DNA from: Nemertoderma westbladi
Taxonomy: Eukaryota; Animalia; Xenacoelomorpha
Assembly: GCA_032718475.1 (NCBI GenBank)
Contig: JAUCBJ010009146.1
Location: 1 to 64,000, forward strand
Length of the DNA stretch: 64,000 nt
Direction of reading: 5' to 3'
Shown here: positions 1-13,100 of the stretch, one piece after another
How the letters are laid out: each line of letters begins with the position of its first letter
Position numbering within the stretch: the first letter of the stretch is position 1
Position numbers and translations under genes: made by a program
The notes under the pieces: model-generated
Databases searched by the model: none
Seen by the model: the letters and a program-made list of their open reading frames with translations, nothing else
Told to the model about the DNA's origin: nothing

Positions 1-1495
1 CAGGTACGGCCCGCCCCCCCTACTCCACTCTGCTCGCTTCCTCTCCAGTCCGATTTTCGCGTTTTTAGAATATTCGGTGACGGTTCTATTTAAACACTAT
101 TCTGTGAACACTGTAGATATTTCTCTATTACATTTTAATATTTTACATTTATTTATCAACTAAATTAAATTCACCTTGCTAAATTAAGACGTAACCATAC
201 AATTGCTATTTTCACTTAATTAACAGCTTTAATTTCTTTGCATTTCAGTTATTATTTTTTGCAGATTATAATATGAGAAATGTCTGAAATGCAGGTTAAA
301 GTAACCAATAATAACTGAAGATAAAATTACACGAAATAATTGTCACTGTGACCATAGTAATCAAATAAGTTTTTATACTGTAATATAAGCCTACATTTAC
401 GAATTATTTGGTCAGTCAGAATTATTTATTTAGATTTTAACCCCCCAGAACTACGTTTAATACCCGTCTGTCTGGTCTGTCTGTGTCCCTCATAAGTCGG
501 TCATTGGTCCATCGAAAATCCGTCAGTAGTCCGTCGGGTCTATCCCTTGCCTTGCCTAGTGTCACCGTACCCCGAATCCTTTTCAGGAGCGTGATACGCT
601 GACCAGCTCCGCTCGGCTGTCCATTGGTGTCTGTCGGTCTGCGAGAGAATGCAGCAGTGATGCTGCATATATATCACTCCGTCTAGTCGGTAAAGCGTCG
701 ACCCTTCAGCGTACCGCTCGCCCCTTGCCATCCCTTTTGGTGTTGGTCCTAAGGCAACTCAAACGGCTTATCTCGGGGTCGGCAAGGACTATTGATTTAT
801 TTGTTATTAGCAATCTAAAATTTACGACGATGACAGACAACTCCTTAATGGTAGCCCTACTATATGCTAAGGCTTCGCACAATTCGTGGCTCGCCCCACA
901 ATACCAACACTATTTGGACGGAAAAGTGACGAACTGGACCAATCTTTACCGCGGAATGAAGAAAGATTATAAAAAATTATACAGTGAAATTTAAAATATT
1001 CAATTTCGTCAATATCTCGTACTCGTGATGTTTTTGATTAGCTTATAGTAACTATTAAATTTCAGCTAAGATATGGCCTACAGGTACATTTAAGCTAAGA
1101 TACAGATACATTTTAAGCTAAGATAGAGATATATTTATGCTAAGATAGAGATACATTCAAGCTGCAGTATACAGTAAGATACAGATTCACTTTAAAATTG
1201 GGCACGTTGAACACATGGTAAAACGGCCTTAACGAATGAAAGTTATAAAATAGCCGCCCATCCTAAGGAATATATATATAAATAACAAAGAATAAAATAG
1301 TAAGTTTGTGTACCAAATACGAGTTAAGAAAATGCGTTAATTTCGACCATTGTGTTTTTCCAACTGAAGAATACCAGAACCAGGTTTTCTTGTTAAAACC
1401 TGGTAGCCTATTCTTCCCATTAATGCAGACAGTATTGGGTTACAAATCAACATCAGAAAGCAATTTTTTAACCAACTAATATTAGTGAAAGCGGC

Positions 1496-1918
1496 TACTG
1501 ACCGGACCCATTGAACGGACCCTTTGACCGGATCCATTGACCGAACCCTCTAAATACCGTATCGAAGCTTTACATATATTATATATTTGATTTATATTTT
1601 ACTTGTGTATTATTGACCGGACCCTTATTACCTCTACTTGGTGACCGGAGCCATTGACCGGACCCTTATTACCTCTACTTTGTGACCGAACCCTAAATTA
1701 TAGCTTTTTCTTTTTATGAACTGTTATAATCTGGGGTGAGTACAAAACAAAGACCCAATTAAGTGACCTGCATAATCTTGTAACCTTTCGTTTATTGTTT
1801 TGGTTCCCCCTGCTCTTTTACTAACCTGTTCCTTTAATGGCAATGGGTCCGGTCAATGGGTCCGGTCAACGGGTCCGGTCAACTGGTCCGGTCAATTGAG
1901 CAATGGGTCCGGTCAATA
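1496..1918. mobile_element. MITE with subterminal TGACCGGACCC repeats, copy 1
   Basis: Left end TACTGACCGGACCCATTGA is inverted to right end CAATGGGTCCGGTCAATA. TGACCGGACCC motifs are repeated in the left half and inverted at the right. No coding capacity. Confidence 0.75.
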
Positions 1919-1937
1919 TAGCCTTTGCTTTAATGCA

Positions 1938-2290
1938 ATGACTGACGAAATGGATGCAATGCGTATGAATGTGTTAAAAATAAACTCAGAAAAGGTTTTG
2001 CATGAAGAAACTCTACCGATATCACCCACAGCCCACAGTATTCCAAGTGCCTTACCAAGCCATAAATCAGACAATGCTCCACGAGCAACTGTCAGGCAAC
2101 CTCCAACATTAGACGAAAGTTTAACTTTAAGATACTTCACTAATTGGAGGAAATCGTGGCATAATTATGCCACCATGATACAACTTCACAAACAAAAACG
2201 TGGCGAGCAATTGTCTGCATTTTTCGCATGTTGTTCACCAGGATTTCTTTCCCTGCTTCAACATGCCATCAATTCAATATTCCACAAAAT
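1938..2290 (+). pseudogene. Fragment of an LTR-retrotransposon gag-like ORF
   Basis: PPTLDESLTLRYFTNWRKSWHNYATMIQLHKQKRGEQLSAFFACC resembles the start of a Gypsy-type capsid region. It is cut by the MITE on the left and an array module on the right. Confidence 0.5.
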
Positions 2291-2507
2291 AGTTCACTAG
2301 TTCACTAGTACCCAAGGTATTGTCCGTGGTAATTTCCTGCACATTTAAGGCCCGGGTTCTTACCTTGAATCAATCCTCGCGCCCACGCGCTCAGGCCCTT
2401 CGCGATTTCAGGTACGGCCCGCCCCCCCTACTCCACTCTGCTCGCTTCCTCTCCACTCCGATTTTCGCGTTTTTTGAATATGTTGTTTAGGTTCAACAGT
2501 GTTGCAA

Positions 2508-2712
2508 TTCAGTTAATATAATGTAACTGATATATACTGTAGGAACTCAGTTAATATAATGTAACTGATATATACTGTAGGAACTCAGTTAATATAATGT
2601 AACTGATATATACTGTAGGAACTCAGTTAATATAATGTAACTGTTATATACTGTAGGAACTTAGTTAATATAATGTAACTGATATATACTGTAGGAACTC
2701 AGTTAATATAAT
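2508..2712. repeat. 38-bp tandem repeat, ~5 copies (AACTCAGTTAATATAATGTAACTGATATATACTGTAGG)
   Basis: AGGAACT recurs at 2541, 2579, 2617 and onward with period 38. Each unit has an internal CAGTTA...TAACTG inverted repeat. Confidence 0.9.
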
Positions 2713-5700
2713 ACAAGTTAATGTTATATTTTGTTTATGTTTGTTTGTAAATGTAACTGATATAATTGATTAAAGTTTAATAGGAAAATGAATTGATTTA
2801 TTTAGTTTCATTTATATGAAGATAAAATTACACAAAATAATTGTCACTGTGACCATAGTAATCAAATGAGTTTTTTATACTGTAATATAAGCCTACATTT
2901 ACGAATTATTTGGTAAGTCAGAATTATTTATTTAGATTTTAACCCCCCAGAACTACGTTTAATACCCGTCTGTCTGGTCTGTCTGTGTCCCTCATAAGTC
3001 GGTCATTGGTCCATCGAAAATCCGTCAGTAGTCCGTCGGGTCTATCCCTTACTTTGCCTAGTGTCACCGTACCCCGAATCCTTTTCAGGCTCGTGATACG
3101 CTGACCAGCTCCGCTTGCCTGTCCATTGGTGTCTGTCGGTCTGCGAGAGAATGCAGCAGTGATGCTGCATATATATCACTCCGTCTAGTCGGTAAAGCTT
3201 CGACCCTTCAGCGTACCGCTCGCCCCTTGCCATCCCTTTTGGTGTTGGTCCTAAGGCAACTCAAACGGCTTATCTCGGGGTCGGCAAGGACTATTGATTT
3301 ATTTGAGACATTTAAGGCCCGGGTTCTTACCTTGAATCAATCCTCGCGCCCACGCGCTCAGGCCCTTCGCGATTTCAGGTACGGCCCGCCCCCCCAACTC
3401 CACTCTGCTCGCTTCCTCTCCACTCCGATTTTCGCGTTTTTAGAATATTCGGTGACGGTTCTATTTAAACACTATTCTGTAAACACTGTAGATATTTCTC
3501 TATTACATTTTAATATTTTACATTTATTTATCAACTAAATTAAATTCACCTTGCTAAATTAAGACGTAAACATACAATTGCTATTTTCACTTAATTAACA
3601 GCTTTAATTTCTTTGCATTTCAGTTATTATTTTTTGCAGATTATAATATGAGAAATGTCTGAAGTAGCCTAAACATAAAGGTCGACGTTATTAGATAATT
3701 AATTTTACATTGAACGTCATTTGCGACAAATCAATAAACAATATTTGAATCCAGAATTAGTTGTCCTACATTTTGTATTTTTAGCATAAATTTTTTACAC
3801 AACTGCGCATATCTGAAGTTATGAATCAATGAGATACAATTATTGGTAAGAAATCTAATTTTCAGTTCGGTTTCTAGTTATCTAAAAGCTCATAGCCGTG
3901 AACGAGAAACTCACGGGAGGCAACCCGAAGACTCATCAATCTTGGCTGTTATCTGTAAGGCAGAGAGGGCACCACACTTACTCCCAATGTTGAATAATCA
4001 TCACTAGCCAACCTCTTTCTTTACTCCCCCCAAATTCCAGGTTCCCATATCGATATATTAATAAAAATTATTAATAATAATAATAATAATTTGCGCTCAG
4101 TAGTAACAAAACATTTTATACTTGGGTTGCTTGGCGCGGCAGTACTGTGGTGTGCGTTGCAGTACTGTGATGTTCTAGAATAGCGAAAAAAAATGAAGAG
4201 AGCTGCTGAGCTGAAGGTTTAAGAAGACGGTTGAACCGAGCCCGAACATCACGTCAGGCAAACGAGACTTACCGCTGCGCCGGTACTTCACTTTCCGTTC
4301 ACTAGTACCCAAGGTATTGTCCGTGGTAATTTCCTGCACATTTAAGGCCCGGGTTCTTACCTTGAATCAATCCTCGCGCCCACGCGCTCAGGCCCTTCGC
4401 GATTTCAGGTACGGCCCGCCCCCCCTACTCCACTCTGCTCGCTTCCTCTCCACTCCGATTTTCGCGTTTTTAGAATATTCGGTGACGGTTAGATTTTAAC
4501 CCCCCAGAACTACGTTTAATACCCGTCTGTCTGGTCTGTCTGTGTCCCTCATAAGTCGGTCATTGGTCAGTCAGAATTATTTATTTAGATTTTAACCCCC
4601 AAGAACTACGTTTAATACCCGTCTGTCTGGTCTGTCTGTGTCCCTCATATGTCGGTCATTGGTCCATCGAAAATCCGTCAGTAGTCCGCCGGGTCTATCC
4701 CTTACTTTGCCTAGTGTCACCGTACCCCGAATCCTTTTCAGGCGCGTGATACGCTGACCAGCTCCGCTCGGCTGTCCATTGGTGTCTGTCGGTCTGCGAG
4801 AGAATGCAGCAGTGATGCTGCATATATATCACTCCGTCTAGTCGGTAAAGCTTCGACCCTTCAGCGTACCGCTCGCCCCTTGCCATCCCTTTTGGTGTTG
4901 GTCCTAAAGCAACTCAAACGGCTTATCTCGGGGTCGGCAAGGACTATTGATTTATTTGTTATTAGCAATCTAAAATTTACGACGATGACAGACAACTCCT
5001 TAATGGTAGCCCTACTATATGCTAAGGCTTCGCACAATTCGTGGCTCGCCCCACAATACCAACACTATTTGGACGGAAAAGTGACGAACTGGACCAATCT
5101 TTACCGCGAAATGAAGAAAGATTATAAAAAATTATACAGTGAAATTTAAAATAAAAGTGACGATTTGAAAAGTGACGATATTTTGTTTATGTTTGTTTGT
5201 AAATGTAACTGATATAATTGATTAAAGTTTAATAGGAAAATGAATTGATTTATTTAGTTTCATTTATATGAAGATAAAATTACACGAAATAATTGTCACT
5301 GTGACCATAGTAATCAAATAAGTTTTTATACTGTAATATAAGCCTACATTTACGAATTATTTGGTCAGTCAGAATTATTTATTTAGATTTTAACCCCCAA
5401 GAACTACGTTTAATACCCGTCTGTCTGGTCTGTCTGTGTCCCTCATAAGTCGGTCATTGGTCCATCGAAAATCCGTCAGTAGTCCGCCGGGTCTATCCCT
5501 TACTTTGCCTAGTGTCACCGTACCCCGAATCCTTTTCAGGCGCGTGATACGCTGACCAGCTCCGCTCGGCTGTCCATTGGTGTCTGTCGGTCTGCGAGAG
5601 AATGCAGCAGTGATGCTGCATATATATCACTCCGTCTAGTCGGTAAAGCTTCGACCCTTCAGCGTACCGCTCGCCCCTTGCCATCCCTTTTGGTGTTGGT

Positions 5701-6910
5701 CCTAAAGCAACTCAAACGGCTTATCTCGGGGTCGGCAAGGACTATTGATTTATTTGTTATTAGCAATCTAAAATTTACGACGATGACAGACAACTCCTTA
5801 ATGGTAGCCCTACTATATGCTATGGCTTCGCACAATTCGTGGCTCGCCCCACAATACCAACACTATTTGGACGGAAAAGTGACGAACTGGACCAATCTTT
5901 ACCGCGAAATGAAGAAAGATTATAAAAAATTATACAGTGAAATTTAAAATAAAAGTGACGATTTGAAAAGTGACGATTTTATTATCTTATACAACATGTA
6001 ACCTACATGTACACACATGGTTAAGGTTAGAACTCAATAGAAGCACAAAAAAATTATTAATAATAATAATAATAATTTGCGCTCAGTAGTAACAAAACAT
6101 TTTATACTTGGGTTGCTTGGCGCGGCAGTACTGTGGTGTGCGTTGCAGTACTGTGATGTTCTAGAATAGCGAAAAAAAATGAAGAGAGCTGCTGAGCTGA
6201 AGGTTTAAGAAGACGGTTGAACCGAGCCCGAACATCACGTCAGGCAAACGAGACTTACCGCTGCGCCGGTACTTCACTTTCCGTTCACTAGTACCCAAGG
6301 TATTGTCCGTGGTAATTTCCTGCACATTTAAGGCCCGGGTTCTTACCTTGAATCAATCCTCGCGCCCACGCGCTCAGGCCCTTCGCGATTTCAGGTACGG
6401 CCCGCCCCCCCTACTCCACTCTGCTCGCTTCCTCTCCACTCCGATTTTCGCGTTTTTAGAATATTCGGTGACGGTTCTATTTAAACACTATTCTGTAAAC
6501 ACTGTAGATATTTCTCTATTACATTTTAATATTTTACATTTATTTATCAACTAAATTAAATTCACCTTGCTAAATTAAGACGTAAACATACAATTGCTAT
6601 TTTCACTTAATTAACAGCTTTAATTTCTTTGCATTTCAGTTATTATTTTTTGCAGATTATAATATGAGAAATGTCTGAAGTAGCCTAAACATAAAGGTCG
6701 ACGTTATTAGATAATTAATTTTACATTGAACGTCGATCACCATGGGTGATCTTCCACAGCAAACCCTTCCACTCTGTTTCCTAAAGGAATGCCTGTTCAC
6801 CACCATGGGTGATCTTCCACAGTAAACCCATCCACTCTGTTTCCTAAGAGTACTAGTTCTAGTTCCTAGGAACTAGGAAAATTCTAGTTTTCAAAAATTT
6901 GTGCCCAAAC

Positions 6911-7110
6911 ATGTCATCAGCAGAGGAGATAAGTACCGCAAAACTCCGCCATGGTGCATTTAAAGGTCAAGTTACCAGGAAAATGAAATCCCGCTATAAA
7001 TTAATTAATATTTTAACAAATCAAGCAGTTGAAGAGCAGACAGCCCAGTCACTTTCTGAGTTAAATTCTCTTAAAGCTGGCGCTGAGGAGGCTTACATAA
7101 AATTCCAAAG
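6911..7110 (+). pseudogene. Truncated gag-like N-terminus carried as an array module (copies at 11812 and 14260)
   Basis: ATG-initiated MSSAEEISTAKLRHGAFKGQVTRK... helical ORF resembles retrotransposon gag N-termini. It is cut off by fusion to the main module at GTCCATCG. Confidence 0.4.
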
Positions 7111-10100
7111 TCCATCGAAAATCCGTCAGTAGTCCGCCGGGTCTATCCCTTACTTTGCCTAGTGTCACCGTACCCCGAATCCTTTTCAGGCGCGTGATAC
7201 GCTGACCAGCTCCGCCCGGCTGTCCATTGGTGTCTGTCGGTCTGCGAGAGAATGCAGCAGTGATGCTGCATATATATCACTCCGTCTAGTCGGTAAAGCT
7301 TCGACCCTTCAGCGTACCGCTCGCCCCTTGCCATCCCTTTTGGTGTTGGTCCTAAAGCAACTCAAACGGCTTATCTCGGGGTCGGCAAGGACTATTGATT
7401 TATTTGTTATTAGCAATCTAAAATTTACGACGATGACAGACAACTCCTTAATGGTAGCCCTACTATAATGCTAAGGCTTCGCACAATTCGTGGCTCGCCC
7501 CACAATACCAACACTATTTGGACGGAAAAGTGACGAACTGGACCAATCTTTACCGCGAAATGAAGAAAGATTATAAAAAATTATACAGTGAAATTTAAAA
7601 TAAAAGTGACGATTTGAAAAGTGACGATATTTTGTTTATGTTTGTTTGTAAATGTAACTGATATAATTGATTAAAGTTTAATAGGAAAATGAATTGATTT
7701 ATTTAGTTTCATTTATATGAAGATAAAATTACACAAAATAATTGTCACTGTGACCATAGTAATCAAATGAGTTTTTTATACTGTAATATAAGCCTACATT
7801 TACGAATTATTTGGTCAGTCAGAATTATTTATTTAGATTTTAACCCCCCAGAACTACGTTTAATACCCGTCTGTCTGGTCTGTCTGTGTCCCTCATAAGT
7901 CGGTCATTGGTCCATCGAAAATCCGTCAGTAGTCCGTCGGGTCTATCCCTTACTTTGCCTAGTGTCACCGTACCCCGAATCCTTTTCAGGCTCGTGATAC
8001 GCTGACCAGCTCCGCTTGCCTGTCCATTGGTGTCTGTCGGTCTGCGAGAGAATGCAGCAGTGATGCTGCATATATATCACTCCGTCTAGTCGGTAAAGCT
8101 TCGACCCTTCAGCGTACCGCTCGCCCCTTGCCATCCCTTTTGGTGTTGGTCCTAAGGCAACTCAAACGGCTTATCTCGGGGTCGGCAAGGACTATTGATT
8201 TATTTGAGACATTTAAGGCCCGGGTTCTTACCTTGAATCAATCCTCGCGCCCACGCGCTCAGGCCCTTCGCGATTTCAGGTACGGCCCGCCCCCCCAACT
8301 CCACTCTGCTCGCTTCCTCTCCACTCCGATTTTCGCGTTTTTAGAATATTCGGTGACGGTTCTATTTAAACACTATTCTGTAAACACTGTAGATATTTCT
8401 CTATTACATTTTAATATTTTACATTTATTTATCAACTAAATTAAATTCACCTTGCTAAATTAAGACGTAAACATACAATTGCTATTTTCACTTAATTAAC
8501 AGCTTTAATTTCTTTGCATTTCAGTTATTATTTTTTGCAGATTATAATATGAGAAATGTCTGAAGTAGCCTAAACATAAAGGTCGACGTTATTAGATAAT
8601 TAATTTTACATTGAACGTCATTTGCGACAAATCAATAAACAATATTTGAATCCAGAATTAGTTGTCCTACATTTTGTATTTTTAGCATAAATTTTTTACA
8701 CAACTGCGCATATCTGAAGTTATGAATCAATGAGATACAATTATTGGTAAGAAATCTAATTTTCAGTTCGGTTTCTAGTTATCTAAAAGCTCATAGCCGT
8801 GAACGAGAAACTCACGGGAGGCAACCCGAAGACTCATCAATCTTGGCTGTTATCTGTAAGGCAGAGAGGGCACCACACTTACTCCCAATGTTGAATAATC
8901 ATCACTAGCCAACCTCTTTCTTTACTCCCCCCAAATTCCAGGTTCCCATATCGATATATTAATAAAAATTATTAATAATAATAATAATAATTTGCGCTCA
9001 GTAGTAACAAAACATTTTATACTTGGGTTGCTTGGCGCGGCAGTACTGTGGTGTGCGTTGCAGTACTGTGATGTTCTAGAATAGCGAAAAAAAATGAAGA
9101 GAGCTGCTGAGCTGAAGGTTTAAGAAGACGGTTGAACCGAGCCCGAACATCACGTCAGGCAAACGAGACTTACCGCTGCGCCGGTACTTCACTTTCCGTT
9201 CACTAGTACCCAAGGTATTGTCCGTGGTAATTTCCTGCACATTTAAGGCCCGGGTTCTTACCTTGAATCAATCCTCGCGCCCACGCGCTCAGGCCCTTCG
9301 CGATTTCAGGTACGGCCCGCCCCCCCTACTCCACTCTGCTCGCTTCCTCTCCACTCCGATTTTCGCGTTTTTAGAATATTCGGTGACGGTTAGATTTTAA
9401 CCCCCCAGAACTACGTTTAATACCCGTCTGTCTGGTCTGTCTGTGTCCCTCATAAGTCGGTCATTGGTCAGTCAGAATTATTTATTTAGATTTTAACCCC
9501 CAAGAACTACGTTTAATACCCGTCTGTCTGGTCTGTCTGTGTCCCTCATATGTCGGTCATTGGTCCATCGAAAATCCGTCAGTAGTCCGCCGGGTCTATC
9601 CCTTACTTTGCCTAGTGTCACCGTACCCCGAATCCTTTTCAGGCGCGTGATACGCTGACCAGCTCCGCTCGGCTGTCCATTGGTGTCTGTCGGTCTGCGA
9701 GAGAATGCAGCAGTGATGCTGCATATATATCACTCCGTCTAGTCGGTAAAGCTTCGACCCTTCAGCGTACCGCTCGCCCCTTGCCATCCCTTTTGGTGTT
9801 GGTCCTAAAGCAACTCAAACGGCTTATCTCGGGGTCGGCAAGGACTATTGATTTATTTGTTATTAGCAATCTAAAATTTACGACGATGACAGACAACTCC
9901 TTAATGGTAGCCCTACTATATGCTAAGGCTTCGCACAATTCGTGGCTCGCCCCACAATACCAACACTATTTGGACGGAAAAGTGACGAACTGGACCAATC
10001 TTTACCGCGAAATGAAGAAAGATTATAAAAAATTATACAGTGAAATTTAAAATAAAAGTGACGATTTGAAAAGTGACGATATTTTGTTTATGTTTTTTTG

Positions 10101-13100
10101 TAAATGTAACTGATATAATTGATTAAAGTTTAATAGGAAAATGAATTGATTTATTTAGTTTCATTTATATGAAGATAAAATTACACGAAATAATTGTCAC
10201 TGTGACCATAGTAATCAAATAAGTTTTTATACTGTAATATAAGCCTACATTTACGAATTATTTGGTCAGTCAGAATTATTTATTTAGATTTTAACCCCCA
10301 AGAACTACGTTTAATACCCGTCTGTCTGGTCTGTCTGTGTCCCTCATAAGTCGGTCATTGGTCCATCGAAAATCCGTCAGTAGTCCGCCGGGTCTATCCC
10401 TTACTTTGCCTAGTGTCACCGTACCCCGAATCCTTTTCAGGCGCGTGATACGCTGACCAGCTCCGCTCGGCTGTCCATTGGTGTCTGTCGGTCTGCGAGA
10501 GAATGCAGCAGTGATGCTGCATATATATCACTCCGTCTAGTCGGTAAAGCTTCGACCCTTCAGCGTACCGCTCGCCCCTTGCCATCCCTTTTGGTGTTGG
10601 TCCTAAAGCAACTCAAACGGCTTATCTCGGGGTCGGCAAGGACTATTGATTTATTTGTTATTAGCAATCTAAAATTTACGACGATGACAGACAACTCCTT
10701 AATGGTAGCCCTACTATATGCTATGGCTTCGCACAATTCGTGGCTCGCCCCACAATACCAACACTATTTGGACGGAAAAGTGACGAACTGGACCAATCTT
10801 TACCGCGAAATGAAGAAAGATTATAAAAAATTATACAGTGAAATTTAAAATAAAAGTGACGATTTGAAAAGTGACGATTTTATTATCTTATACAACATGT
10901 AACCTACATGTACACACATGGTTAAGGTTAGAACTCAATAGAAGCACAAAAAAATTATTAATAATAATAATAATAATTTGCGCTCAGTAGTAACAAAACA
11001 TTTTATACTTGGGTTGCTTGGCGCGGCAGTACTGTGGTGTGCGTTGCAGTACTGTGATGTTCTAGAATAGCGAAAAAAAATGAAGAGAGCTGCTGAGCTG
11101 AAGGTTTAAGAAGACGGTTGAACCGAGCCCGAACATCACGTCAGGCAAACGAGACTTACCGCTGCGCCGGTACTTCACTTTCCGTTCACTAGTACCCAAG
11201 GTATTGTCCGTGGTAATTTCCTGCACATTTAAGGCCCGGGTTCTTACCTTGAATCAATCCTCGCGCCCACGCGCTCAGGCCCTTCGCGATTTCAGGTACG
11301 GCCCGCCCCCCCTACTCCACTCTGCTCGCTTCCTCTCCACTCCGATTTTCGCGTTTTTAGAATATTCGGTGACGGTTCTATTTAAACACTATTCTGTAAA
11401 CACTGTAGATATTTCTCTATTACATTTTAATATTTTACATTTATTTATCAACTAAATTAAATTCACCTTGCTAAATTAAGACGTAAACATACAATTGCTA
11501 TTTTCACTTAATTAACAGCTTTAATTTCTTTGCATTTCAGTTATTATTTTTTGCAGATTATAATATGAGAAATGTCTGAAGTAGCCTAAACATAAAGGTC
11601 GACGTTATTAGATAATTAATTTTACATTGAACGTCGATCACCATGGGTGATCTTCCACAGCAAACCCTTCCACTCTGTTTCCTAAAGGAATGCCTGTTCA
11701 CCACCATGGGTGATCTTCCACAGTAAACCCATCCACTCTGTTTCCTAAGAGTACTAGTTCTAGTTCCTAGGAACTAGGAAAATTCTAGTTTTCAAAAATT
11801 TGTGCCCAAACATGTCATCAGCAGAGGAGATAAGTACCGCAAAACTCCGCCATGGTGCATTTAAAGGTCAAGTTACCAGGAAAATGAAATCCCGCTATAA
11901 ATTAATTAATATTTTAACAAATCAAGCAGTTGAAGAGCAGACAGCCCAGTCACTTTCTGAGTTAAATTCTCTTAAAGCTGGCGCTGAGGAGGCTTACATA
12001 AAATTCCAAAGTCCATCGAAAATCCGTCAGTAGTCCGCCGGGTCTATCCCTTACTTTGCCTAGTGTCACCGTACCCCGAATCCTTTTCAGGCGCGTGATA
12101 CGCTGACCAGCTCCGCTCGGCTGTCCATTGGTGTCTGTCGGTCTGCGAGAGAATGCAGCAGTGATGCTGCATATATATCACTCCGTCTAGTCGGTAAAGC
12201 TTCGACCCTTCAGCGTACCGCTCGCCCCTTGCCATCCCTTTTGGTGTTGGTCCTAAAGCAACTCAAACGGCTTATCTCGGGGTCGGCAAGGACTATTGAT
12301 TTATTTGTTATTAGCAATCTAAAATTTACGACGATGACAGACAACTCCTTAATGGTAGCCCTACTATATGCTAAGGCTTCGCACAATTCGTGGCTCGCCC
12401 CACAATACCAACACTATTTGGACGGAAAAGTGACGAACTGGACCAATCTTTACCGCGAAATGAAGAAAGATTATAAAAAATTATACAGTGAAATTTAAAA
12501 TAAAAGTGACGATTTGAAAAGTGACGATATTTTGTTTATGTTTGTTTGTAAATGTAACTGATATAATTGATTAAAGTTTAATAGGAAAATGAATTGATTT
12601 ATTTAGTTTCATTTATATGAAGATAAAATTACACAAAATAATTGTCACTGTGACCATAGTAATCAAATAAGTTTTTATACTGTAATATAAGCCTACATTT
12701 ACGAATTATTTGGTCAGTCAGAATTATTTATTTAGATTTTAACCCCCAAGAACTACGTTTAATACCCGTCTGTCTGGTCTGTCTGTGTCCCTCATAAGTC
12801 GGTCATTGGTCCATCGAAAATCCGTCAGTAGTCCGCCGGGTCTATCCCTTACTTTGCCTAGTGTCACCGTACCCCGAATCCTTTTCAGGCGCGTGATACG
12901 CTGACCAGCTCCGCTCGGCTGTCCATTGGTGTCTGTCGGTCTGCGAGAGAATGCAGCAGTGATGCTGCATATATATCACTCCGTCTAGTCGGTAAAGCTT
13001 CGACCCTTCAGCGTACCGCTCGCCCCTTGCCATCCCTTTTGGTGTTGGTCCTAAAGCAACTCAAACGGCTTATCTCGGGGTCGGCAAGGACTATTGATTT

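Noticed and set aside
2508-2712. CRISPR-like array of hairpin-containing 38-bp repeats
   Set aside because: Head-to-tail repeats with no unique spacers, no cas genes, and a eukaryotic context.
4090-4500. snRNA, SL-RNA or 5S gene within the tandem array
   Set aside because: ACTTACC resembles the U1 5' end, but the rest of U1, an Sm site and Pol III boxes are not recognisable.
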